Below, in pieces: positions 30,300 to 47,300 of a stretch of 64,000 nt of DNA; position 1 is the first letter of the stretch, and every line of letters starts with the position of its first letter. This stretch comes from Eledone cirrhosa (Eukaryota): positions 373,426,001 through 373,490,000 of the forward strand of contig OZ024743.1 of NCBI GenBank assembly GCA_964016885.1. The letters are read 5' to 3'. Under the pieces are notes generated by a model, which was not told the DNA's origin, ran no database searches, and saw only the letters and a program-made list of their open reading frames with translations. A program made the position numbers and the translations under genes.

Positions 30300-33200
30300 G
30301 TCTATCTCTTTCACAACATTACATGCCCATAGCTTTGGTCTATCTCTTTCGCAACACTACATGTCCATACCTTTGGTCTATCTCTTTCACATTACATGTC
30401 CATACCTTTGGTCTATCTCTTTCACATTACATGTCCATACTTTTGGTCTATCTCTTTCACATTACTTGTCCATACCTTTGGTCTATCTCTTTCACATTAC
30501 ATGTCCATACCTTTGGTCTATCTCTTCCACATTACATGTCCATACCTTTGGTCTATCTCTTCCACATTACATGTCCATACCTTTGGTCTATCTCTTTCAC
30601 ATTACATGTCCATACCTTTGGTCTCTCTCTTCCACATTACATGTCCATACCTTTGGTCTCTCTCTTTCACATTACATGTCCATACCTTTGGTCTATCTCT
30701 TTCACATTACATGCCCATACCTTTGGTCTATCTCTTTCACATTAGATGTCCATACCTTCGGTCTATCTTTCACATTAGATGTCCATACCTTTGGCCTATC
30801 TCTTTCACATTACATGTCCATACCTTTGGTCTATCTCTTTCACATTACATACCCATACCTTTGGTCTATCTCTTTCACAACATTACATGACCATACCTTT
30901 GGTCTATCTCTTTCACAACATTACATGCCCATACCTTTGGTCTATCTCTTTCACAACATTATATTCCCATACCTTTGGTCTATCTCTTTCACATTAGATG
31001 TCCATACCTTTGGTCTATCTCTTTCACATTAGATGTCCATACCTTTCGTCTATCTGTTTCACAACATGAGATGTCCATACCTTTGGTCTATCTCTTTCAC
31101 ATTAGATGTCCATACCTTTGGTCTATCTCTTTCACATTACATGTCCATACCTTTGGTCTATCTCTTTCACATTAGATGTCCATACCTTTGGTCTATCTCT
31201 TCCACATTAGATGTCCATACCTTTGGTCTATCTCTTTCACAACATTACATGCCCATATCTTTGGTCTATCTCTTCCACGTTACATGTCCATACCTTTGGT
31301 CTATCTCTTTCACATTACATGTCCATACCTTTGGTCTATCTCTTTCACATTAGATGTCCATACCTATGGTCTATCTCTTTCACAACATTACATGTCCATA
31401 CCTTTGGTCTATCTCTTTCACATTACATGCCCATACCTTTGGTCTATCTCTTTCACATTACATGTCCATACCTTTGGTTTATCTCTTTCACATTACATGC
31501 CCATACCTTTGGTCTATCTCTTTCACATTAGATGTCCATACCTTTGGTCTATCTTTCACATTAGATGTCCATACCTTTGGTCTATCTCTTTCACATTACA
31601 TGTCCATACCTTTGGTCTATCTCTTTCACATTACATGCCCATACATTTGGTCTATCTCTTTCACATTACATGTCCATACCTTTGGTCTATCTCTTTCGCA
31701 TTAAATGTCCACACCTTTCGTCTATCTCTTTCACAACATTACATGCCCATACCTTTGGTCTATCTCTTTCACATTCCATGTCCATACCTTTGGTCTATCT
31801 CTTCCACATTACATGTCCATACCTTTGGTCTATCTCTTCCACATTACATGTCCATACCTTTGGTCTATCTCTTTCGCATTAAATGTCCATACCTTTCGTC
31901 TATCTCTTTCACAACATTACATTCCCATACCTTTGGTCTATCTCTTTCACAACATTACATGCCCATACCTTTGGTCTATCTCTTTCACAACATTACATGC
32001 CCATACCTTTGGTCTATCTCTTTCACATTAGATGTCCATACCATTGGTCTATCTCTTTCACAACATTACATGCCCATAGCTTTGGTCTATCTCTTTCGCA
32101 ACACTACATGTCCATACCTTTGGTCTATCTCTTTCACATTACATGTCCATACCTTTGGTCTATCTCTTTCACATTACATGTCCATACTTTTGGTCTATCT
32201 CTTTCACATTACATGTCCATACCTTTGGTCTATCTCTTTCACATTACATGTCCATACCTTTGGTCTATCTCTTCCACATTACATGTCCATACCTTTGGTC
32301 TATCTCTTCCACATTACATGTCCATACCTTTGGTCTATCTCTTTCACATTACATGTCCATACCTTTGGTCTCTCTCTTTCACATTACATGTCCATACCTT
32401 TGGTCTATCTCTTTCACATTACATGCCCATACCTTTGGTCTATCTCTTTCACATTAGATGTCCATACCTTCGGTCTATCTTTCACATTAGATGTCCATAC
32501 CTTTGGCCTATCTCTTTCACATTACATGTCCATACCTTTGGTCTATCTCTTTCACATTACATACCCATACCTTTGGTCTATCTCTTTCACAACATTACAT
32601 GACCATACCTTTGGTCTATCTCTTTCACAACATTACATGCCCATACCTTTGGTCTATCTCTTTCACAACATTACATGCCCATACCTTTGGTCTATCTCTT
32701 TCACATTAGATGTCCATACCTTTGGTCTATCTCTTTCACATTAGATGTCCATACCTTTCGTCTATCTGTTTCACAACATTAGATGTCCATACCTTTGGTC
32801 TATCTCTTTCACATTAGATGTCCATACCTTTGGTCTATCTCTTTCACATTACATGTCCATACCTTTGGTCTATCTCTTTCACATTAGATGTCCATACCTT
32901 TGGTCTATCTCTTCCACATTAGATGTCCATACCTTTGGTCTATCTCTTTCACAACATTACATGCCCATATCTTTGGTCTATCTCTTCCACGTTACATGTC
33001 CATACCTTTGGTCTATCTCTTTCACATTACATGTCCATACCTTTGGTCTATCTCTTTCACATTAGATGTCCATACCTATGGTCTATCTCTTTCACAACAT
33101 TACATGTCCATACCTTTGGCCTATCTCTTTCACATTACATGCCCATACCTTTGGTCTATCTCTTTCACATTACATGTCCATACCTTTGGTTTATCTCTTT

Positions 33201-33783
33201 CACATTACATGCCCATACCTTTGGTCTATCTCTTTCACATTAGATGTCCATACCTTTGGTCTATCTTTCACATTAGATGTCCATACCTTTGGTCTATCTC
33301 TTTCACATTACATGTCCATACCTTTGGTCTATCTCTTTCACATTACATGCCCATACATTTGGTCTATCTCTTTCACATTACATGTCCATACCTTTGGTCT
33401 ATCTCTTTCGCATTAAATGTCCACACCTTTCGTCTATCTCTTTCACAACATTACATGCCCATACCTTTGGTCTATCTCTTTCACATTCCATGTCCATACC
33501 TTTGGTCTATCTCTTCCACATTACATGTCCATATCTTTGGTCTATCTCTTCCACATTACATGTCCATACCTTTGGTCTATCTCTTTCGCATTAAATGTCC
33601 ATACCTTTCGTCTATCTCTTTCACAACATTACATTCCCATACCTTTGGTCTATCTCTTTCACAACATTACATGCCCATACCTTTGGTCTATCTCTTTCAC
33701 AACATTACATGCCCATACATTTGGTCTATCTCTTTCACATTAGATGTCCATACCATTGGTCTATCTCTTTCACAACATTACAT
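30300..33783. repeat. Imperfect tandem duplication, period 1,712 bp (1,747 in its left part, a one-monomer indel)
   Basis: Offsets 30779/32491, 31176/32888, 31565/33277 and 31883/33595 = 1712; 30396/32143 = 1747. Several point differences separate the copies. Left edge approximate. Confidence 0.85.
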
Positions 33784-35355
33784 TCCCATACCTTTGGTCT
33801 ATCTCTTTCACAACATTACATGCCCATACCTTTGGTCTATCTCTTTCACATTACATGTCCATACCTTTGGTCTATCTCTTCCACATTACATGTCCATACC
33901 TTTGGTCTATCTCTTTCACATTACATGTCCATACCTTTGGTCTCTCTCTTCCACATTACATGTCCATACCTTTGGTCTATCTCTTTCACATTACATGTCC
34001 ATACCTTTGGTCTATCTCTTTCACATTACATGCCCATACCTTTGGTCTATCTCTTTCACATTAGATGTCCATACCTTCGGTCTATCTTTCACATTAGATG
34101 TCCATACCTTTGGCCTATCTCTTTCACATTACATGTCCATACCTTTGGTCTATCTCTTTCACATTACATACCCATACCTTTGGTCTATCTCGTTCACAAC
34201 ATTACATGACCATACCTTTGGTCTATCTCTTTCACAACATTACATGCCCATACCTTTGGTCTATCTCTTTCACAACATTACATTCCCATACATTTGGTCT
34301 ATCTCTTTCACATTAGATGTCCATACCTTTGGTCTATCTCTTTCACATTAGATGTCCATACCTTTCGTCTATCTGTTTCACAACATTAGATGTCCATACC
34401 TTTGGTCTATCTCTTTCACATTAGATGTCCATACCTTTGGTCTATCTCTTTCACATTACATGTCCATACCTTTGGTCTATCTCTTTCACATTAGATGTCC
34501 ATACCTTTGGTCTATCTCTTTCACATTAGATGTTCATACCTTTGGTCTATCTCTTTCACAACATTACATTCCCATACCTTTGGTCTATCTCTTTCACAAC
34601 ATTACATGCCCATACCTTTGGTCTATCTCTTTCACATTACATGTCCATACCTTTGGTCTATCTCTTCCACATTAAATGTCCATACCTTTGGTCTATCTCT
34701 TTCACATTACATGTCCATACCTTTGGTCTCTCTCTTCCACATTACATGTCCATACCTTTGGTCTATCTCTTTCACATTACATGTCCATACCTTTGGTCTA
34801 TCTCTTTCACATTACATGCCCATACCTTTGGTCTATCTCTTTCACATTAGATGTCCATACCTTCGGTCTATCTTTCACATTAGATGTCCATACCTTTGGC
34901 CTATCTCTTTCACATTACATGTCCATACCTTTGGTCTATCTCTTTCACATTACATACCCATACCTTTGGTCTATCTCTTTCACAACATTACATGACCATA
35001 CCTTTGGTCTATCTCTTTCACAACATTACATGCCCATACCTTTGGTCTATCTCTTTCACAACATTACATTCCCATACCTTTGGTCTATCTCTTTCACATT
35101 AGATGTCCATACCTTTGGTCTATCTCTTTCACATTAGATGTCCATACCTTTCGTCTATCTGTTTCACAACATTAGATGTCCATACCTTTGGTCTATCTCT
35201 TTCACATTAGATGTCCATACCTTTGGTCTATCTCTTTCACATTACATGTCCATACCTTTGGTCTATCTCTTTCACATTAGATGTCCATACCTTTGGTCTA
35301 TCTCTTTCACATTAGATGTTCATACCTTTGGTCTATCTCTTTCACAACATTACAT
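33756..35355. repeat. Tandem duplication, period 786 bp
   Basis: Offsets 34098/34884, 34352/35138 and 34495/35281 = 786. The shared gatgttcata variant occurs near 34530 and 35316. A few point differences are present. Confidence 0.85.
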
Positions 35356-38300
35356 GCCCATATCTTTGGTCTATCTCTTCCACATTACATGTCCATACCT
35401 TTGGTCTATCTCTTTCACATTACATGTCCATACCTTTGGTCTATCTCTTTCACATTAGATGTCCATACCTATGGTCTATCTCTTTCACAACATTACATGT
35501 CCATACCTTTGGTCTATCTCTTTCACATTACATGCCCATACCTTTGGTCTATCTCTTTCACATTACATGTCCATACCTTTGGTTTATCTCTTTCACATTA
35601 CATGCCCATACCTTTGGTCTATCTCTTTCACATTAGATGTCCATACCTTTGGTCTATCTTTCACATTAGATGTCCATACCTTTGGTCTATCTCTTTCACA
35701 TGACATGTCCATACCTTTGGTCTATCTCTTTCACATTACATGCCGATACATTTGGTCTATCTCTTTCACATTACATGTCCATACCTTTGGTCTATCTCTT
35801 TCGCATTAAATGTCCATACCTTTCGTCTATCTCTTTCACAACATTAGATGTCCATACCTTTGGTCTATCTCTTTCACATTACATGTCCATACCTTTGGTC
35901 TATCTCTTCCACATTACATGTCCATACCTTTGGTCTATCTCTTTCACATTAGATGTCCATACCTTCGGTCTATCTTTCACATTAGATGTCCATACCTTTG
36001 GCCTATCTCTTTCACATTACATGTCCATACCTTTGGTCTATCTCTTTCACATTACATACCCATACCTTTGGTCTATCTCTTTCACAACATTACATGCCAA
36101 TAGCTTTGGTCTATCTCTTTCGCAACACTACATGTCCATACCTTTGGTCTATCTCTTTCACATTACATGTCCATACCTTTGGTCTATCTCTTCCACATTA
36201 CATGTCCATACCTTTGGTCTATCTCTTTCACATTACATGTCCATACCTTTGGTCTATCTCTTTCACATTAGATGTCCATACCTATGGTCTATCTCTTTCA
36301 CAACATTACATGTCCATACCTTTGGTCTATCTCTTTCACATTACATGCCCATACCTTTGGTCTATCTCTTTCACATTACATGTCCATACCTTTGGTTTAT
36401 CTCTTTCACATTACATGCCCATACCTTTGGTCTATCTCTTTCACATTAGATGTCCATACCTTTGGTCTATCTCTTTCACAACATTACATGTCCATACCTT
36501 TGGTCTATCTCTTTCACATTACATGCCCATACATTTGGTCTATCCCTTTCACATTACATGTCCATACCTTTGGTCTATCTCTTTCACATTAACTGTCCAT
36601 ACCTTTCGTCTATCTCTTTCACAACATTACATGCCCATACCTTTGGTCTATCTCTTTCACAACATTACATGCCCATACCTTTGGTCTATCTCTTTCACAT
36701 TACATGTCCATACCTTTGGTCTATCTCTTTCACATTAAATGTCCATACCTTTGGTCTATCTCTTTCACAACATTACATGTCCATACCTTTGGTCTATCTC
36801 TTTCACATTAAATGTCCATACCTTTGGTCTATCTCTTTCACAACATTACATGTCCATACCTTTGGTCTATCTCTTCCACATTACATGTCCATACCTTTGG
36901 TCTATCTCTTTCACATTAGATGTCCATACCTTCGGTCTATCTTTCACATTAGATGTCCATACCTTTGGCCTATCTCTTTCACATTACATGTCCATACCTT
37001 TGGTCTATCTCTTTCACATTACATACCCATACCTTTGGTCTATCTCTTTCACAACATTACATGCCAATAGCTTTGGTCTATCTCTTTCGCAACACTACAT
37101 GTCCATACCTTTGGTCTATCTCTTTCACATTACATGTCCATACCTTTGGTCTATCTCTTTCACATTAGATGTCCATACCTATGGTCTATCTCTTTCACAA
37201 CATTACATGTCCATACCTTTGGTCTATCTCTTTCACATTACATGCCCATACCTTTGGTCTATCTCTTTCACATTACATGTCCATACCTTTGGTTTATCTC
37301 TTTCACATTACATGCCCATACCTTTGGTCTATCTCTTTCACATTAGATGTCCATACCTTTGGTCTATCTCTTTCACAACATTACATGTCCATACCTTTGG
37401 TCTATCTCTTTCACATTACATGCCCATACATTTGGTCTATCCCTTTCACATTACATGTCCATACCTTTGGTCTATCTCTTTCACATTAACTGTCCATACC
37501 TTTCGTCTATCTCTTTCACAACATTACATGCCCATACCTTTGGTCTATCTCTTTCACAACATTACATGCCCATACCTTTGGTCTATCTCTTTCACATTAC
37601 ATGTCCATACCTTTGGTCTATCTCTTTCACATTAGATGTCCATACCTTTGGTCTATCTCTTCCACATTACATGCCCATACCTTTGGTCTATCTCTTTCAC
37701 ATTACATGTCCATACCTTTGGTCTATCTCTTTCACATTAGATGTCCATACCTTTGGTCTATCTCTTTCACATTAGATGTCCATACCTTTGGTCTATCTCT
37801 TTCACATTAGATCTCCATACCTTTCGTCTATCTGTTTCACAACATTAGATGTCCATACCTTTGGTCTATCTCTTTCACATTACATATCCATACCTTTGGT
37901 CTATCTCTTTCACATTAGATGTCCATACCTTTGGTCTATCTCTTTCACATTAGATGTCCATACCTTTGGTCTATCTCTTTCACAACATTACATGCCCATA
38001 TCTTTGGTCTATCTCTTCCACATTACATGTCCATACCTTTGGTCTATCTCTTTCACATTACATGTCCATACCTTTGGTCTCTCTCTTCCACATTACATGT
38101 CCATACCTTTGGTCTATCTCTTTCACATTACATGTCCATACCTTTGGTCTATCTCTTTCACATTACATGCCCATACCTTTGGTCTATCTCTTTCACATTA
38201 GATGTCCATACCTTCGGTCTATCTTTCACATTAGATGTCCATACCTTTGGCCTATCTCTTTCACATTACATGTCCATACCTTTGGTCTATCTCTTTCACA

Positions 38301-41300
38301 TTACATACCCATACCTTTGGTCTATCTCTTTCACAACATTACATGACCATACCTTTGGTCTATCTCTTTCACAACATTACATGCCCATACCTTTGGTCTA
38401 TCTCTTTCACAACATTACATTCCCATACCTTTGGTCTATCTCTTTCACATTAGATGTCCATACCTTTGGTCTATCTCTTTCACATTAGATGTCCATACCT
38501 TTCGTCTATCTGTTTCACAACATTAGATGTCCATACCTTTGGTCTATCTCTTTCACATTAGATGTCCATACCTTTGGTCTATCTCTTTCACATTACATGT
38601 CCATACCTTTGGTCTATCTCTTTCACATTAGATGTCCATACCTTTGGTCTATCTCTTTCACATTAGATGTTCATACCTTTGGTCTATCTCTTTCACAACA
38701 TTACATGCCCATATCTTTGGTCTATCTCTTCCACATTACATGTCCATACCTTTGGTCTATCTCTTTCACATTACATGTCCATACCTTTGGTCTATCTCTT
38801 TCACATTAGATGTCCATACCTATGGTCTATCTCTTTCACAACATTACATGTCCATACCTTTGGTCTATCTCTTTCACATTACATGCCCATACCTTTGGTC
38901 TATCTCTTTCACATTGCATGTCCATACCTTTGGTTTATCTCTTTCACATTACATGCCCATACCTTTGGTCTATCTCTTTCACATTAGATGTCCATACCTT
39001 TGGTCTATCTTTCACATTAGATGTCCATACCTTTGGTCTATCTCTTTCACATTACATGTCCATACCTTTGGTCTATCTCTTTCACATTACATGCCGATAC
39101 ATTTGGTCTATCTCTTTCACATTACATGTCCATACCTTTGGTCTATCTCTTTCGCATTAAATGTCCATACCTTTCGTCTATCTCTTTCACAACATTAGAT
39201 GTCCATACCTTTGGTCTATCTCTTTCACATTACATGTCCATACCTTTGGTCTATCTCTTCCACATTACATGTCCATACCTTTGGTCTATCTCTTTCACAT
39301 TAGATGTCCATACCTTCGGTCTATCTTTCACATTAGATGTCCATACCTTTGGCCTATCTCTTTCACATTACATGTCCATACCTTTGGTCTATCTCTTTCA
39401 CATTACATACCCATACCTTTGGTCTATCTCTTTCACAACATTACATGCCAATAGCTTTGGTCTATCTCTTTCGCAACACTACATGTCCATACCTTTGGTC
39501 TATCTCTTTCACATTACATGTCCATACCTTTGGTCTATCTCTTCCACATTACATGTCCATACCTTTGGTCTATCTCTTTCACATTACATGTCCATACCTT
39601 TGGTCTATCTCTTTCACATTAGATGTCCATACCTATGGTCTATCTCTTTCACAACATTACATGTCCATACCTTTGGTCTATCTCTTTCACATTACATGCC
39701 CATACCTTTGGTCTATCTCTTTCACATTACATGTCCATACCTTTGGTTTATCTCTTTCACATTACATGCCCATACCTTTGGTCTATCTCTTTCACATTAG
39801 ATGTCCATACCTTTGGTCTATCTCTTTCACAACATTACATGTCCATACCTTTGGTCTATCTCTTTCACATTACATGCCCATACATTTGGTCTATCCCTTT
39901 CACATTACATGTCCATACCTTTGGTCTATCTCTTTCACATTAACTGTCCATACCTTTCGTCTATCTCTTTCACAACATTACATGCCCATACCTTTGGTCT
40001 ATCTCTTTCACAACATTACATGCCCATACCTTTGGTCTATCTCTTTCACATTACATGTCCATACCTTTGGTCTATCTCTTTCACATTAAATGTCCATACC
40101 TTTGGTCTATCTCTTTCACAACATTACATGTCCATACCTTTGGTCTATCTCTTTCACATTAAATGTCCATACCTTTGGTCTATCTCTTTCACAACATTAC
40201 ATGTCCATACCTTTGGTCTATCTCTTCCACATTACATGTCCATACCTTTGGTCTATCTCTTTCACATTAGATGTCCATACCTTCGGTCTATCTTTCACAT
40301 TAGATGTCCATACCTTTGGCCTATCTCTTTCACATTACATGTCCATACCTTTGGTCTATCTCTTTCACATTACATACCCATACCTTTGGTCTATCTCTTT
40401 CACAACATTACATGCCAATAGCTTTGGTCTATCTCTTTCGCAACACTACATGTCCATACCTTTGGTCTATCTCTTTCACATTACATGTCCATACCTTTGG
40501 TCTATCTCTTCCACATTACATGTCCATACCTTTGGTCTATCTCTTTCACATTACATGTCCATACCTTTGGTCTATCTCTTTCACATTAGATGTCCATACC
40601 TATGGTCTATCTCTTTCACAACATTACATGTCCATACCTTTGGTCTATCTCTTTCACATTACATGCCCATACCTTTGGTCTATCTCTTTCACATTACATG
40701 TCCATACCTTTGGTTTATCTCTTTCACATTACATGCCCATACCTTTGGTCTATCTCTTTCACATTAGATGTCCATACCTTTGGTCTATCTCTTTCACAAC
40801 ATTACATGTCCATACCTTTGGTCTATCTCTTTCACATTACATGCCCATACATTTGGTCTATCCCTTTCACATTACATGTCCATACCTTTGGTCTATCTCT
40901 TTCACATTAACTGTCCATACCTTTCGTCTATCTCTTTCACAACATTACATGCCCATACCTTTGGTCTATCTCTTTCACAACATTACATGCCCATACCTTT
41001 GGTCTATCTCTTTCACATTACATGTCCATACCTTTGGTCTATCTCTTTCACATTAGATGTCCATACCTTTGGTCTATCTCTTCCACATTACATGCCCATA
41101 CCTTTGGTCTATCTCTTTCACATTACATGTCCATACCTTTGGTCTATCTCTTTCACATTAGATGTCCATACCTTTGGTCTATCTCTTTCACATTAGATGT
41201 CCATACCTTTGGTCTATCTCTTTCACATTAGATCTCCATACCTTTCGTCTATCTGTTTCACAACATTAGATGTCCATACCTTTGGTCTATCTCTTTCACA

Positions 41301-44300
41301 TTACATGTCCATACCTTTGGTCTATCTCTTTCACATTACATATCCATACCTTTGGTCTATCTCTTTCACATTAGATGTCCATACCTTTGGTCTATCTCTT
41401 TCACATTAGATGTCCATACCTTTGGTCTATCTCTTTCACAACATTACATGCCCATATCTTTGGTCTATCTCTTCCACATTACATGTCCATACCTTTGGTC
41501 TATCTCTTTCACATTACATGTCCAGACCTTTGGTCTATCTCTTTCACATTAGATGTCCATACCTATGGTCTATCTCTTTCACAACATTACATGTCCATAC
41601 CTTTGGTCTATCTCTTTCACATTACATGCCCACACCTTTGGTCTATCTCTTTCACATTACATGTCCATACCTTTGGTTTATCTCTTTCACATTACATGCC
41701 CATACCTTTGGTCTATCTCTTTCACATTAGATGTCCATACCTTTGGTCTATCTCTTTCACAACATTACATGTCCATACCTTTGGTCTATCTCTTTCACAT
41801 TACATGCCCATACATTTGGTCTATCCCTTTCACATTACATGTCCATACCTTTGGTCTATCTCTTTCACATTAAATGTCCATACCTTTGGTCTATCTCTTT
41901 CACAACATTACATGCCCATACCTTTGGTCTATCTCTTTCACATTACATGTCCATACCTTTGGTCTATCTCTTCCACATTACATGTCCATACCTTTGGTCT
42001 ATCTCTTTCACATTAAATGTCCATACCTTTGGTCTATCTCTTTCACAACATTACATGTCCATACCTTTGGCCTATCTCTTTCACATTACATACCCATACC
42101 TTTGGTCTATCTCTTTCACAACATTACATGCCCATAGCTTTGGTCTATCTCTTTCGCAACACTACATGTCCATACCTTTGGTCTATCTCTTTCACATTAC
42201 ATGTCCATACCTTTGGTCTATCTCTTTCACATTAGATGTCCATACCTATGGTCTATCTCTTTCACAACATTACATGTCCATACCTTTGGTCTATCTCTTT
42301 CACATTACATGCCCATACCTTTGGTCTATCTCTTTCACATTACATGTCCATACCTTTGGTTTATCTCTTTCACATTACATGCCCATACCTTTGGTCTATC
42401 TCTTTCACATTAGATGTCCATACCTTTGGTCTATCTTTCACATTAGATGTCCATACCTTTGGTCTATCTCTTTCACATTACATGTCCATACCTTTGGTCT
42501 ATCTCTTTCACATTACATGCCGATACATTTGGTCTATCTCTTTCACATTACATGTCCATACCTTTGGTCTATCTCTTTCGCATTAAATGTCCATACCTTT
42601 CGTCTATCTCTTTCACAACATTAGATGTCCATACCTTTGGTCTATCTCTTTCACATTACATGTCCATACCTTTGGTCTATCTCTTCCACATTACATGTCC
42701 ATACCTTTGGTCTATCTCTTTCACATTAGATGTCCATACCTTCGGTCTATCTTTCACATTAGATGTCCATACCTTTGGCCTATCTCTTTCACATTACATG
42801 TCCATACCTTTGGTCTATCTCTTTCACATTACATACCCATACCTTTGGTCTATCTCTTCCACATTACATGTCCATACCTTTGGTCTATCTCTTTCACATT
42901 ACATGTCCATACCTTTGGTCTATCTCTTTCACATTAGATGTCCATACCTATGGTCTATCTCTTTCACAACATTACATGTCCATACCTTTGGTCTATCTCT
43001 TTCACATTACATGCCCATACCTTTGGTCTATCTCTTTCACATTACATGTCCATACCTTTGGTTTATCTCTTTCACATTACATGCCCATACCTTTGGTCTA
43101 TCTCTTTCACATTAGATGTCCATACCTTTGGTCTATCTCTTTCACAACATTACATGTCCATACCTTTGGTCTATCTCTTTCACATTACATGCCCATACAT
43201 TTGGTCTATCCCTTTCACATTACATGTCCATACCTTTGGTCTATCTCTTTCACATTAACTGTCCATACCTTTCGTCTATCTCTTTCACAACATTACATGC
43301 CCATACCTTTGGTCTATCTCTTTCACAACATTACATGCCCATACCTTTGGTCTATCTCTTTCACATTACATGTCCATACCTTTGGTCTATCTCTTTCACA
43401 TTAAATGTCCATACCTTTGGTCTATCTCTTTCACAACATTACATGTCCATACCTTTGGTCTATCTCTTTCACATTAAATGTCCATACCTTTGGTCTATCT
43501 CTTTCACAACATTACATGTCCATACCTTTGGTCTATCTCTTCCACATTACATGTCCATACCTTTGGTCTATCTCTTTCACATTAGATGTCCATACCTTCG
43601 GTCTATCTTTCACATTAGATGTCCATACCTTTGGCCTATCTCTTTCACATTACATGTCCATACCTTTGGTCTATCTCTTTCACATTACATACCCATACCT
43701 TTGGTCTATCTCTTTCACAACATTACATGCCAATAGCTTTGGTCTATCTCTTTCGCAACACTACATGTCCATACCTTTGGTCTATCTCTTTCACATTACA
43801 TGTCCATACCTTTGGTCTATCTCTTCCACATTACATGTCCATACCTTTGGTCTATCTCTTTCACATTACATGTCCATACCTTTGGTCTATCTCTTTCACA
43901 TTAGATGTCCATACCTATGGTCTATCTCTTTCACAACATTACATGTCCATACCTTTGGTCTATCTCTTTCACATTACATGCCCATACCTTTGGTCTATCT
44001 CTTTCACATTACATGTCCATACCTTTGGTTTATCTCTTTCACATTACATGCCCATACCTTTGGTCTATCTCTTTCACATTAGATGTCCATACCTTTGGTC
44101 TATCTCTTTCACAACATTACATGTCCATACCTTTGGTCTATCTCTTTCACATTACATGCCCATACATTTGGTCTATCCCTTTCACATTACATGTCCATAC
44201 CTTTGGTCTATCTCTTTCACATTAACTGTCCATACCTTTCGTCTATCTCTTTCACAACATTACATGCCCATACCTTTGGTCTATCTCTTTCACAACATTA

Positions 44301-47300
44301 CATGCCCATACCTTTGGTCTATCTCTTTCACATTACATGTCCATACCTTTGGTCTATCTCTTTCACATTAGATGTCCATACCTTTGGTCTATCTCTGCCA
44401 CATTACATGCCCATACCTTTGGTCTATCTCTTTCACATTACATGTCCATACCTTTGGTCTATCTCTTTCACATTAGATGTCCATACCTTTGGTCTATCTC
44501 TTTCACATTAGATGTCCATACCTTTGGTCTATCTCTTTCACATTAGATCTCCATACCTTTCGTCTATCTGTTTCACAACATTAGATGTCCATACCTTTGG
44601 TCTATCTCTTTCACATTACATGTCCATACCTTTGGTCTATCTCTTTCACATTACATATCCATACCTTTGGTCTATCTCTTTCACATTAGATGTCCATACC
44701 TTTGGTCTATCTCTTTCACATTAGATGTCCATACCTTTGGTCTATCTCTTTCACAACATTACATGCCCATATCTTTGGTCTATCTCTTCCACATTACATG
44801 TCCATACCTTTGGTCTATCTCTTTCACATTACATGTCCAGACCTTTGGTCTATCTCTTTCACATTAGATGTCCATACCTATGGTCTATCTCTTTCACAAC
44901 ATTACATGTCCATACCTTAGGTCTATCTCTTTCACATTACATGCCCACACCTTTGGTCTATCTCTTTCACATTACATGTCCATACCTTTGGTTTATCTCT
45001 TTCACATTACATGCCCATACCTTTGGTCTATCTCTTTCACATTAGATGTCCATACCTTTGGTCTATCTCTTTCACAACATTACATGTCCATACCTTTGGT
45101 CTATCTCTTTCACATTACATGCCCATACATTTGGTCTATCCCTTTCACATTACATGTCCATACCTTTGGTCTATCTCTTTCACATTAAATGTCCATACCT
45201 TTGGTCTATCTCTTTCACAACATTACATGCCCATACCTTTGGTCTATCTCTTTCACATTACATGTCCATACCTTTGGTCTATCTCTTCCACATTACATGT
45301 CCATACCTTTGGTCTATCTCTTTCACATTAAATGTCCATACCTTTGGTCTATCTCTTTCACAACATTACATGTCCATACCTTTGGCCTATCTCTTTCACA
45401 TTACATGTCCATACCTTTGGTCTATCTCTTTCACACTACATACCCATACCTTTGGTCTATCTCTTTCACAACATTACATGCCCATAGCTTTGGTCTATCT
45501 CTTTCGCAACACTACATGTCCATACCTTTGGTCTATCTCTTTCACATTACATGTCCATACCTTTGGTCTATCTCTTTCACATTACATGTCCATACCTTTG
45601 GTCTATCTCTTTCACATTACATGTCCATACCTTTGGTCTATCTCTTTCACGTTACATGTCCATACCTTTGGTCTATCTCTTTCACATTACATGCCCATAC
45701 CTTTGGTCTATCTCTTTCACATTAGATGTCCATACCTTCGGTCTATCTTTCACATTAGATGTCCATACCTTTGGCCTATCTCTTTCACATTACATGTCCA
45801 TACCTTTGGTCTATCTCTTTCACATTACATACCCATACCTTTGGTCTATCGCTTTCACAACATTACATGCCCATACCTTTGATCTATCTCTTTCACAACA
45901 TTACATGCCCATACCTTTGGTCTATCTCTTTCACAACATTACATTCCCATACCTTTGGTCTATCTCTTTCACATGAGATGTCCATACCTTTAGTGTATCT
46001 GTTTCACAACATTACATGCCCATACCTTTGGTCTATCTCTTTCACATTACATGTCCATACCTTTGGTCTATCTCTTTCACATTAGAGGTCCATACCTTTG
46101 GTCTATCTCTTTCACTTAAATGTCGATACCTTTGGTCTATCTCTTTCACAACATTACATGCCCATACCTTTGGTCTATCTCTTTCACATTAGATGTCCAT
46201 ACCTTTGGTCTATCTCTTTCACTTAAATGTCGATACCTTTGGTCTATCTCTTTCACAACATTACATGCCCATACCTTTGGTCTATCTCTTTCACATTAGA
46301 TGTCCATACCATTGGTCTATCTCTTTCACAACATTACATGCCCATACCTTTGGTCTATCTCTTTCACAACATTACATGTCCATACCTTTGGTCTAGCTCT
46401 TTCACATTAGATGTCCATACCTTTGGTCTATCTCTTTCACATTAGATGCCCATACCTTTGGTCTATCTCTTTCACGTTAGATGTCGATACCTTTGGTCTA
46501 TCTCTTTCACAACATTACATGCCCATACCTTTGGTCTATCTCTTTCACATTAGATGTCCATACCATTGGTCTATCTCTTTCACAACATTACATGCCCATA
46601 CCTTTGGTCTATCTCTTTCACAACATTACATGCCCATACCTTTGGTCTATCTCTTTCACATTAGATGTCCATACCATTGGTCTATCTCTTTCACAACATT
46701 ACATGCCCATACCTTTGGTCTATCTCTTTCACAACATTACATGCCCATAGCTTTGGTCTATCTCTTTCGCAACACTACATGTCCATACCTTTGGTCTATC
46801 TCTTTCACATTACATGTCCATACCTTTGCTCTATCTCTTTCACATTACATGTCCATACCTTTGGTCTATCTCTTTCACATTACATGTCCATACCTTTGGT
46901 CTATCTCTTTCACATTACATGTCCATACCTTTGGTCTATCTATCCACATTACATGTCCATACCTTTGGTCTATCTCTTCCACATTACATGTCCATACCTT
47001 TGGTCTATCTCTTTCACAACATTACATGTCCATACCTTTGGTCTATCTCTTTCACATTACATGCCCATACCTTTGGTCTATCTCTTTCACATTACATGTC
47101 CATACCTTTGGTTTATCTCTTTCACATTACATGCCCATACCTTTGGTCTATCTCTTTCACATTAGATGTCCATACCTTTGGTCTATCTCTTTCACAACAT
47201 TACATGTCCATACCTTTGGTCTATCTCTTTCACATTACATGCCCATACATTTGGTCTATCCCTTTCACATTACATGTCCATACCTTTGGTCTATCTCTTT